Assembly (NCBI GenBank): GCA_000165345.1
Contig: CM000433.1
Location: 32,001 to 96,000, forward strand
Direction: 5' to 3'
Length of the DNA: 64,000 nt
How positions within the stretch are numbered: the first letter of the stretch is position 1; each line of letters starts with the position of its first letter. Below are positions 39,188-50,294 of this stretch, piece by piece. The translations under genes and the position numbers were made by a program. The notes below the pieces were generated by a model. The model did no database searches, had not been told where the DNA came from, and saw only the letters and a program-made list of their open reading frames with translations.

Positions 39188-39985
39188 TTAGCATTCTTGA
39201 GAAAGAATCTCTTTGATACCATCAATTTCATCTTGAGTGAAATAATTAGTACAACTTTGAACATTTGATGTGAGATTACTGCTACTACTCGTGTTGCTAT
39301 TTGCATTTCTATTTGTGTTGATATTTGTATAATAACTTGTAGAGCTACTTGCGTTATATGAAAAAGAAGAAGAAGTGGAATGAATTGAAAGATCTTTAAC
39401 TAATTCATCAATTAGAATGGTGTCTTCTTCAGAAAAGAAATTTTGATTTTGAAAAGAGGAATTATTTATCATCGTATTATTATTATTATTATTATTGTTA
39501 TTTTTTAGATGATTAGAGGAATTTTTGACAGACAATAGTTTGTTTTTAATAATATCAGATAATCTAGTACTTGATACAGATTCATTTGGAGAAAAATTAC
39601 AATAGTTGGTATAATCAGATAATATTTCTTCTTGAATAACTGAATTATCTTCACTGGAAATTGGTTCTTCATTATCACTACAAGTGTCATCATATTTGTT
39701 TAGTTTGTTTAATTGATCATCATTTTGACTAATTAACTTGAGTTCATTTAATTGATTAACCAACCAGATATCATTGTATGAACAAGGTAACAAAAAAACC
39801 TAAAGAAATCATCAATATTAATTTATTATAATAATTATTATCATTATTTTTTAAAAAAAAAATTAATAACTCACTTTATTATTTAAAGTTTCTTGAAGTG
39901 AATCAACTTGTGAATCTTGAGAATTTTCAAAAATACATGAGTAACAAGATTCAAAAGAATCTTGTGTTTTTGTTGAATTTGTCAT
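39188..39985 (-). CDS. Hypothetical 2-exon gene (exon 1 39985..39875, exon 2 39799..39188), about 241 aa, N/S-rich
   Basis: The listed ORF 39188..39793 starts at TTG, not ATG. The true ATG is at 39985 (MTNSTKTQDSFESCYSCIFENSQDSQVDSLQETLNNK). The donor is AAA|GTGAGT at 39874 and the acceptor is CTTTAG|G at 39800 (75-nt intron). Splicing joins in frame to VFLLPCSYNDIWLVNQL.... If unspliced, exon 1 terminates 3 codons after the donor. Confidence 0.5.
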
Positions 39986-41270
39986 TTAATATTTCTTTAA
40001 TTAATTCAAATAATATTTATTTATATATTTAATGAATATAATGTTTATATTAATGCAAAATCATTGTATGATTTTTATAATTACCAAGTTTATAAAATAT
40101 TATCTTGTTTGTTAAGACAAATTCACTTATTTAATTTATATTCATTAGTAGATTTATGACTAACTTTCTTTCTTTTTAATTAAATATATCTATATATTAT
40201 CTATATATATATAGATATATATTTATATACATATATAAATAAATACATATGTATGTACATAAATATATTTCTTATACATATATATACATATATATAATTA
40301 TTACACAAGGTTTTTCAATAACTATACATTATTTGCACAACTTTTCTTCTTTTTTAATCTTGGTAATTATCCTTTTTCTTTAAGAAATATGAAAAAATAT
40401 TAATTATTAAAAAATCAAAATAATAGTATTATTATTATTATTTATTATTTTTCAACACAAATTATTACTAGTGATTTTAAATTGTTTATTTTTCAATTAT
40501 TTATTATATATTTATATAATTTATTTTATTTAATAAATAAATAAATTTATATGTAAATTAAATATATATTTATATATATACATAAACATTTAATTAAATA
40601 ATTGAAAAATAAGTTATAAATATTTTTGTTTATTTTAATGTACATAGTAATTTAATATTTACATGTGATCCCGCCTATAATCAAATTTTACTTTAATATT
40701 AATATCTTCCTCTTAAAAAAAAAACAATTTCAAGAATTATTCCAGTTATTTTTGACTGTTTTTTTTTTAAATTTCCTTTTTATAGAAAAAAAAAATCATT
40801 AAGAATTTTTATTATTAATTAAACTTATTTTCGTATTTTAACTTTCTTCTCTTTTTTTAATATTGCTAATAAATGACAATTATTTTATTAACTATTACAA
40901 TCCAAAACAACGAATAAAAGTTGAATAGGGGAAAAAAAAAACTAATATTACTTTAATGGAATGAAATATCTATTTAGAATGTTTTTAGTAGAACTCAACT
41001 CATTATAAATCTAGAATTCATATATACATATATATATATTTATTTATTTATTTATATTTTTTCTTCGCCCACTTAATTATACTTTAATCATTTTTTTTAC
41101 TTATAATGAAATAAATACACACACACATATACATATTTATATATTTACAAACACACAAAAAAGCCCGCCACAAAATCATTGAATTTTCCGCTTTCCCTTT
41201 CTCTCTCTTAGCATAATCACAACAAGATAAAAATACAAGAATTAATTTAATAAAGTAAATTTATTGCTAC

Positions 41271-41279
41271 TTTCCCGCC
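41271..41279. promoter_or_regulatory. TTTCCCGCC, canonical E2F site about 530 bp upstream of the UNC-45-like gene
   Basis: Additional CCCGCC and TTTTCCGC elements lie at 41161-41195 and 40667-40678. Confidence 0.4.
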
Positions 41280-41517
41280 TTTTATTTCTAATTAATTTAT
41301 TAGATACAAAAAAATGTTAAAAAAAAAGAGAAAAAAATGCATCTAATATTACATATGAACACAATTTCTTTATATTAAAAAACATTTTCAATAGATATCT
41401 ATGAATATTTTCTTTTTATTTGTTATTTAATATATAAAGCAAACATTAGGAAGATAAGAATGACATTCTAAATTAATGATTTTTGTTTATAATTTTTTTT
41501 GTTAGTTTTTCTTAATC

Positions 41518-41571
<54 letters not shown>

Positions 41572-41806
41572 TCAATTAATATTCTAATTAGAAAATTTCA
41601 ATGATAAAATAAATATTTATTTTTATATGATAATTTTTGTGTGCGTATATAATTTTAAATATATTTAGAGGAATTTTTTTTTTTTTTTTTTAACCAAAAT
41701 TATAAATGTGTGAATATAAATTGTATAGTTAATGGATTTTCAATTATAAAAGAAGAATTTAAAGAATTTTAATACAAATTAAAAGAGAGTGAAAGAAATA
41801 AAGAAA

Positions 41807-44800
41807 ATGAGTTCATGCAATAATAATTTTCAAATGCTTGATGATTTGAAAAATAAAGGTAAATTTATTTCATAAAATCATTTTATTATTCTTATTCAAC
41901 CCTTTCTTCATTAATATATTTTTAGGTAACCAATTATTTATATCTGGAGATTATTTACAAAGCATTAAAATATATTCGAAATTCTTAATAATATAAATTC
42001 TCAAGAAACAAATATAAATAATGATTTTACCAAACTTAAATTACAAACTCTACTAAATAGAAGTGCATCTTATATTAAATTAAATGATTTTAATAATGGA
42101 CTTTTAGATTCTAATAATGCCTTAAATATTGATAATAAAAATATTAAAGGATTATTCAGAAAAGCTACTTGTCTTATTAATATAACTACTAATAACAATA
42201 ATGATTCTATTAAAAACTTGGATTTAGCAATTGATGAATTAAAAAAAGCTCTTTATATTGATAATAAAAATAAACCAATTAAAGAATTACTATCTAAAAC
42301 TATTATTCTTAAAAATGAATTAAATGATAAATATGAAACTAATAAATTACCAAGTGAAATACTTAAATATATTAAATGTAATATAATTCCAACCATTAAT
42401 AATAATATTAATTCTTTAAAAGAATTTCATGATAAATGGTTTGAATTCTATAAATATATATTATCCAATGGTACTCATGATATTATTATTAATAATAGTT
42501 GCTGTCAAGATCTTATTTATATACTTGAAAGATTTATTTATATTTCTGATAATATTATTAATATAATTAATAATAATAAATCAGATTCTGAATATAATAA
42601 AAAATTATATTATTATATAATATTTAATTCTTGGAATACTTTATCTTTATTAGTTGAAGAAAATGATATTATTACTGGTATATTTCAAGAAATAGACAAA
42701 GATGATATTAATTCATCATTATTCCAATTAAATAAAATAATCAACTTTAATAATAATAATAATAATCTTAATAAATTCANATCTTTAATTAGAATTAATA
42801 ATGATATTATCAATTTTACCAAAATTAAAGATTTTATTAATAATATTAATCCATTAATTCAAGAAAATCAATTAAAAACCAATTCAAAACAATTATTGAA
42901 TAGTATTTTTAATGTATTATTATGTACATTTAATTATAATTCAATAGATTTGAATGATACCTATCAACACATTAAACTTCTTACTTGTATTATTAATAAC
43001 CAATTAATTCAAGAAATTAATTCAACATTATATTTATTGGTTTTAAGAAATTTATCAATAATATTCCAACAAATCAAATCAAAAGGTACCAAAATTGAAG
43101 CTCTTGATTATAATACAGAAATTGAAAATTTGATTAATTCATTATTTTCTTTATCATATTATTATTTTAAATCTTCATTTAATGATATTTGTGGTAATAA
43201 TGATAATGATAATAAAATTCTACAAAGTTTAGAATTTATATTAACTATCATTTTTTCTTTAATTTCTGAAAAAGAAAGAAATAACCACCAAAATAATATA
43301 ATTGATATTCATAAAATTTCAAATAATCATATAATCTCCAAATATGTATTAAATTCAATCAAAAAATCTGATAATATTTTGGATAATGCTCATAATCAAG
43401 ATGATCATGAACAATCTTCAAATTGGATTGCTTTTGATTTTATTAATTTTATTAATGGATTAATGGGACTTAAAATACTTCATTATTCTAATAGAGAAGT
43501 ACTTAAAGGATTTATATTAAATTATCCACAAATTCTTCATTGTATATTATTAATAGTATTAACCAATTATTCAGAATATTATTCAATATTGAATTATTCA
43601 TTAAAAAATCAAACAAATGATTTTATTATTAGTGAAAAATTATTCAATATTATTATTAAACCTTGGTGTATTGAAATATTATCATTATTAATGGAATTTA
43701 GAGATACCACAAGATCAATTGTTAAAGATGATGATACCATTATTTTAATTTTTAATATTTGTAAGAATATTATTATATCGAATAATAATAATAATAATAA
43801 TAATAATGATACTTTAAATTTGAATGAATTGGATTCTTGTTGTAGACTTTTAAATGGTATTTCCAAAACAACCATGGAAAATAATGATATACTTGATTTA
43901 TTTATTAATCAATTAGATATTTTATCATTACTTGAACATATTTGGATTATTTTTCAAAATTATTATATAAATAATAATATTAATAATAAATTAATATGGT
44001 CTTGTATTCAAAATTCTTTTGAAATCTTTACAATACTTTCAATGCATAATATATTTAAATCCAAATTATTAATTTATAAAATGAAAAAGAATATTTCAAA
44101 TGTTAATGTTAATAATAACCAAAGTTTATTAAAGAATGAGAATTCCAATAAATCATCATCTTGTTGTTCACTTACAGAAAATGAATTATTTATTTTAAAT
44201 ATATTAAATTTACCAGAAATATATAATTATAATAAAAATATTAAATATTTCTCAAATACTTTTCTTTATCTTTATATATCATTCATACAAAATCTTCTTA
44301 CAAGTAATTATTCAGATCCATATTCAGAATCAAATAATAATAATAATTATGATGAATNTAAATCAGTATATTTTTTTAAAAAGGCAAAGATTNTATGGGC
44401 CAATATAATTCAGAAAATCATGTTGATTTTGATCAATCTCATTTAGAACAACTTGAAACATGTATAAACATTTACCAGATATACTCGTAATGAAAGAAAT
44501 GGACATTATGATAGAGGTGATGAAATTCTTGCAAATACTTATAGAAAATTAATGATTGAAAAATCAAATATTATAAGTTTTATGTATATTATTCTTGAAA
44601 AGAATATTTCCAATAATAATATTAATGATAATAATAATAAAAATACAACTTCATCATCATTGCCATTTATATTTAATATTGCAAATAATATTGTTGATTT
44701 AATTGTTAATACAGAAGACTTGAATGAAAAAAATTCAAAAGAAATATTATCTTTAAGAGGAAAAATAATCCAAAAAGGTGGTCTTAAATGTTTACTTGAT

Positions 44801-45607
44801 TCTATTACCATTATTGATAATGAATTATTAAATCTTAAATCAAATAAATCTTCATCTACTAATATATTTTCAATAAATAAAAAATATCTGATTGATAGAT
44901 CCAGAGAATATAAACAAGCCATTAGTAAATTACTGATATATATTTCACCAACACTTATTTCTTATAAATTACTTGTAGAATGTGCAATAAAAATTCAATC
45001 ATTACTTGAAGATGAACATGAACTTTTACAATATGAATCAGCTCTGGCAATTACAAATATACTTAGTAAATCATTTGATAAAATTTCACAAGATTCTGAA
45101 AATGATTCAATTTCTATAAGAATTTATAATAGTGGTCTTGGATGGAGTTTATTAAAAAGTCTTTGTTTTACTGATAATAATTTATTAAGAGCTGCTGGTT
45201 TAGAAGGACTTTGTAATTTTTGTAATAAAGATTATGTTGTTTTAAATCATTTTATTTCAAGTAAATCCAATGGTATTGAAGATTTAAAATTATTTATTGC
45301 TTTTTCACAAGAACAAGATAATAGAATCCAAATTGCAGCTTTAGGTGCTTTAGCTATGTTATCTTCTTATTCTGATGTTTCAAAGATTATTATTGATAAT
45401 TGGAATCAATTTGGAATACAATTAATTCAAGTTTCTGAAGATTTTTATAATAATAATAATAATAATTTAGAAGTTAAAGAAAGGCTTGTTTTTTGTTTAA
45501 ATAATTTATTATTATATATTTCTTCTCAAAATAATAATAATAATAATAATCAAGTATTATTAAATATCCATAAAAGTATTCAAGATTGCATAATATTTTT
45601 AGAATAA
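41807..45607 (+). CDS. TPR + ARM-like repeat protein resembling the UNC-45/Cro1/She4 (UCS) myosin chaperone. The reading frame is fragmented by one intron, at least three apparent frameshifts and N bases. Could alternatively be two genes.
   Basis: ATG at 41807. Exon 1 (MSSCNNNFQMLDDLKNKG) ends at 41858. A 67-nt intron GTAAAT...TTTTAG spans 41859-41925. Exon 2 encodes a TPR helix (GNQLFISGDYLQSIKIYSKFL). It then hits a stop, while an adjacent frame continues the TPR (LLNRSASYIKLNDFNNGLLDSNNALNIDNKNIKGLFRKATCL), matching the UNC-45 N-terminal TPR. That implies a 1-nt indel near 41990. ORFs 42218..44446 and 44552..45607 share one frame, separated by TAG and TAA at 44444-44467. Between them a third frame reads GQYNSENHVDFDQSHLEQLETCINIYQIYS. 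N bases sit at 42780, 44357 and 44393. The C-terminal part has ARM/HEAT-like repeats (LLRAAGLEGLCNFC..., IQIAALGALAMLSS). Confidence 0.4.
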
Positions 45608-45636
45608 TATTAAATAAATTTAATTATTCATTAATA

Positions 45637-47669
45637 TTAATTTTTAATATTACTCATCGATGTATTTTTACTTATATCACCAGAAGAAGGCAGCATTGAA
45701 GATGAGCTTGAATAAGTTGAAATTGTTAGACTATTATTATTATTGTTATTATTATTTTTGTTATTCTTATCAGATTTATCTTTATTTTTAATTTTATCAA
45801 TCAAATTTATTTCACTCATAACTTTTTGAAAATTATTAATATCTTTTTGTAAAATTGTAATATCTTGAGCTATTTTATCAATACCATATTCAATATTTTC
45901 AAATATATTCTTATTATTATTATCATTATTTTCGTCATCTTCAATTGTTTCATCTTGCATTTCATTTTTAATAATACACTTTTTATATAAATATTGAATT
46001 TTATATACAATCATTATTGATAATGGTATTAATGATAGATAACCAATAATTTGTAATGATGTTGTATATTTTTGTGGTGTATTTGCTAATACTAATGATA
46101 ATATCAGATTACCAGGAATTACCATTGAATAACAAAATGAATTAACCAAAGCAAATTCTGTTGGTTTAAATAATGATCTTATATATGATGGAGCAATTGA
46201 ATACATACCAGCATATGAAAATCCTACTCCAAATATTACAACCAACCAATAAGATTTTAAATAATTTATTAATAATAATGATAATGACATTGTTAAAGTT
46301 AAAATAATGGTTTGCGTACTTTTATACATTATTTTATTATTTGCCAATAAATCACTTAAATAACCAGAAATAACTCTTACAAATAATTCAATAACTGTTA
46401 ATATTTGAATCATTCTGATTGATTTTTCTTTTGTAATGTCTGGTATATAATATATTGAAAATCTTGTAATAAAGGTACCACAAGGTTGTCCGGTGCTTAT
46501 GGTAAATAAGTATCCGAATATTATCGATATAGTTTCCAAATTGGATATTAATTTAATACAATTTAATATTGATATTTTTATATGTTGATACGGGTTCATT
46601 TTTGTATGATTTATTAATCAATTTTCTGATTTTTCTAAATATATTGAATTGTTACTGTTACTGTTACTGTTACAGCTACTGTTATGATGATGATGATGAT
46701 GATGATGATGATTATTATTATTATTATTATTACTATCATCAGGCTTGATAATTAATGGCTTTATTGATTTGTTTTTATCATAAGTGATTATCTTATTAAC
46801 TGCTGATTGATTATTGATATTCTCACTTTTATTAGATTCATCAAAATATTTGATCATTACTCATTAATATTTCATCTATATTATTACTTTTTTCTTCAAC
46901 TTTTATATTACTTTCTTCTCATTGTTAATGATTCTCTATCTTCATCATTAATTTCTTTATTATGATTATTACTATCTTCACATAAATTCTCAAAAACTTG
47001 TTGATTATTTAACAGAATTTTTTTTTCTATATTAATAATCATATATATTGATGAAAAACCAATTAATAATGATATAAAAAAACATGTAAGAAAGAAATGT
47101 CTTATTGAACCTGATTCCAAAAAACATAATCTATAAATTTCTGATAATGATAAACCACCAATACTATAAATTGTGAATTGAATTGAAGTAATTAATCCAC
47201 TGTATTTTATTGGCCAATATAATAAATTTATCCATAGTGAACCTAAATTTAAAGTAACTCCTCCTTGTAAAATTAATGCAAAACTAATACCATATAAAAA
47301 AGTGAATATTATTGAATTTGATAAATCATTTAAAACATTTACCATCATATAATAAATACATATTTTTTGTGTTACATATAATGAAATATATCCAAATAAT
47401 GTTATTAAAATTCCATATAATAATACATTTCTTGAAGCATTTGGTTTTGAAAATAATATACCTGAAGGTATAATACAGAATCCAATAATACTTATACTAT
47501 AAATATATGATAATATTGTTTCTTCTTTAAAAATATTCTTCTTAAGGTCTTCTATTATTATACTATATATTTTACTTGTATTTGAAATTAGAGAAATTAA
47601 TGAACCAAAAGTTAATAATAATAACAATAAAAATAATCCACCATTTTGAAATTTTTGTTTCTTCAACAT
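45637..47669 (-). pseudogene. Major-facilitator-superfamily (MFS) transporter split into N-half (46908..47669), central loop (46618..46857) and C-half (45637..46599) by one frameshift and one in-frame TGA. Either a pseudogene or a sequencing error.
   Basis: ATG at 47669. The N-half has 6 predicted TM helices and ends at TAA 46908. The His9/Asn-rich loop ORF (ATG at 46857) lies in a different frame. The C-half (6 more TM helices, ATG at 46599) shares the loop frame but is separated from it by TGA at 46618-46620. TGA is a genuine stop elsewhere in this window (50287, 62611). Confidence 0.5.
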
Positions 47670-48033
47670 ATTCTGTTCTATCTACTTAATCTTCTTAATT
47701 ATCATTATATTATATTTTTCATTGTTTATTCACTACTTGTCATTAATATTTTCTTTTATCAATTTATTCACTTATTATTATTTTTATTATCTTAATTATT
47801 TATTATCAAATATGTAATCTTCAATTCAATTTAAAAAAAAATAATAATAATAATTTAATATTTATTTACGATATTAATTTTTATTATTCAACTTATTCGT
47901 ATTAATAATTATTATTTTTTAACAAAAAAAAAAACTAAGTCATTAAATGTCCAATTTTGACGCTTACTATTGCATGCAATAATAATTAAAATTATTTTTC
48001 TTGTCCACATTAATAATATAATTTTTTTTAAAA

Positions 48034-48095
48034 TATCTATACAATACCGGTATGACTATTAGAAAAAAAAATTACATGTAATTTCCACATGAATA
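48034..48095. promoter_or_regulatory. Three-part motif copy A: ATACCGGTAT ... TTACATGTAA-ATTTCCACATGAATAA
   Basis: Palindromic 10-mer ATACCGGTAT at 48034-48043. Palindromic TTACATGTAA at 48072-48081. ATTTCCACATG at 48081-48091. Located in the 1.2-kb spacer between the MFS gene start (47669, minus) and the F-box gene (48855). Confidence 0.5.
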
Positions 48096-48482
48096 AAATT
48101 AATTATAATTTTTTAAAGTGATTTTATTATTAATTCCAAAAATTTTTAGAAGAAAATTATTTTTTTTTTGATAAAATAAATAACTCATTAATAAAATCTT
48201 TAATGAAACAAACTATGTGTAGATTATAACCTAATTATAAATAGCAATAAATTTATTATTCATTTTTTTTCTTATTTATAATTAGTCATTTTATTAATAT
48301 GTATCAAGTAGCTACAAACTAATCATTGTAAAACAATAATTTAATTTAAATATTCCAAAACTTTATTCACTTTTTATTATGACTTTCATTATCTTTAAAA
48401 AAAAAATCATGTCAACTTCCCCCTCTTTATAAATCTATCTCTTACAATTTAACTTTGACATTTTCCCCACACTATTGCAAAA

Positions 48483-48509
48483 TTGCCGCCCACACTTTTA
48501 GGCGGGAAG
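48483..48509. promoter_or_regulatory. TTGCCGCCCACACTTTTAGGCGGGAAGTGTGG: two E2F-like cores (CCGCCC / GGCGGGAA) in inverted orientation, flanked by a CACACTT/AAGTGTG inverted repeat
   Basis: About 350 bp upstream of the F-box-like gene ATG (48855). Confidence 0.4.
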
Positions 48510-48854
48510 TGTGGATGTATAGTCAGGAAATGCACAAAGTGGTCAGAAAAAGGAGTAAGAGAAATGTTTATTAGATTTGTTTTAATTTACTGCAGATTTA
48601 TTAAAAAAAAAAGAAAATGTGGAAGATCAGAAGATATTTAATTGATTTATTTTAGATTGGTTAAAATTATTAATTTAAAACAAATCAATTATATTATACT
48701 ATGAATTTAAAGGTATTAATAAAGAAAATTTCAGTTAGATCAAATAGTGTAGTGTAAGAAAGTAAAGAGTGAAAAAAATAATAAAAAGAAGTTTCAAGTT
48801 AAGTATTAAACATAAGAGTATAAGGAAGGAAGGAAGGAAAGGAGGAAAAAAAAA

Positions 48855-50294
48855 ATGGCATTTCAGCAATTAAACAAAGATTTAATTGGATTAATTTCAT
48901 CATTTTTACCGTATGATGAAATAATAATCAATTTAAGAAATGTGAATAAACAATGGAAAGATTCAATAAACAGTTCATATGATTGTTGGCTAAATATAGA
49001 TTTAACAGAAACTATGACTGAATTTCAATGTTCCAAAGAGGACATTTCATTAGAAGAAATTAAAATGTATAGTAATATCATTTCAAGCATTAGATTATCA
49101 AATCCAATAAATAATATCAGTGGATTTCTAAGTAAAATGATCCTAATAAATGATAAATCTAATAATTATGAAAGATGTAAGATGTGGAACAAATTAGAAA
49201 ATATAGAAATATATAATAAAAGTTTAATAATACCCATAAAAAATAATAAAAATTATCATCTTCTACCTTTTAAATCTTTATTTCGTCTTGGAATTAATGA
49301 AAATATTTTACAATTATTAAAGTATTATGAGATTTCAAACAAAAAAAGTATGGATGAGTCTGAAAATAATTGTGATATTAAATATTTTATGAATAGTTTT
49401 ACTGATATTATTAATTATTATCCATTCAAATCTGTAAAAAGAATTATTATTGACTATCCAATCAGTACAAAAGAATTAAATATATTAAGCAATTGCTTTC
49501 CGTGCTTGAAAGATATTGTAATTACACGTCTCTTTCATGAAACAAATACTTATAATAGTCATTATGAAGAATTCACTCAAGAAAATAGAAGATTAAGTTT
49601 TGGATCAGAAATTGGTTCAGGTGATGATATATCATCTAGATATGGAAATTTATCTATTGATGATGAAAATGAATTTCATTTTGAAAATGAAATAATCGCT
49701 TGTTGGGAAGCTATTTATAATTTTCTACAAGTTATACCTCCAAATCAGCTTAGAATCCTTCAATTTAATGTTATCCCTTCTCCTAATCCAAAATCAGGAA
49801 AATGGACAACTGATAGTACTATTTCAAGAATTGTTTCAGAAAATACCAAAAATGGTTGTAATTATATTAATCATAACAATAATTATAAAAATGATAATAT
49901 CTGCAATAACCAAAATATATTATATTCTGTTAATGATGACAAAAATGAAAAACAAATTCTCGAGTCTGTTGAAATTTATAAAGCCATAAAAAGAAGTAAT
50001 AGAGAATATATTGATTATAAAAATAAAATCATGAGAACTAATGAGTATTATAATAATAATAGTAATAATGATAATTCTAGTATATTCAATCATTCAAGTT
50101 CAATGATTAACTTTGACGAAGTTGGTGATAAACTTATGAAATATATACTTGATATGCATTCTGAGTCTTTAGTTGCATTATCATGTCCAGATTTAGAAGT
50201 TTCTTATGCTTTATATAAAAGATTACTTAATCAATGTCCAAAACTTAAGCTTTGGGATTTACCAGGATGGAGAATATTTTCATGTATCAATTAA
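48855..50294 (+). CDS. F-box-like / LRR-like protein (479 aa), hypothetical
   Basis: ATG at 48855. The N-terminus LIGLISSFLPYDEIIINLRNVNKQWKD fits the F-box pattern (L..I..FL...-..L..VCK.W). The C-terminal LSCPDLEVSYALYKRLLNQCPKLKLWDL resembles an LRR cap. TAA stop at 50292-50294 overlaps the convergent VTC4 gene end. Confidence 0.35.
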   Translation: MAFQQLNKDLIGLISSFLPYDEIIINLRNVNKQWKDSINSSYDCWLNIDLTETMTEFQCSKEDISLEEIKMYSNIISSIRLSNPINNISGFLSKMILINDKSNNYERCKMWNKLENIEIYNKSLIIPIKNNKNYHLLPFKSLFRLGINENILQLLKYYEISNKKSMDESENNCDIKYFMNSFTDIINYYPFKSVKRIIIDYPISTKELNILSNCFPCLKDIVITRLFHETNTYNSHYEEFTQENRRLSFGSEIGSGDDISSRYGNLSIDDENEFHFENEIIACWEAIYNFLQVIPPNQLRILQFNVIPSPNPKSGKWTTDSTISRIVSENTKNGCNYINHNNNYKNDNICNNQNILYSVNDDKNEKQILESVEIYKAIKRSNREYIDYKNKIMRTNEYYNNNSNNDNSSIFNHSSSMINFDEVGDKLMKYILDMHSESLVALSCPDLEVSYALYKRLLNQCPKLKLWDLPGWRIFSCIN

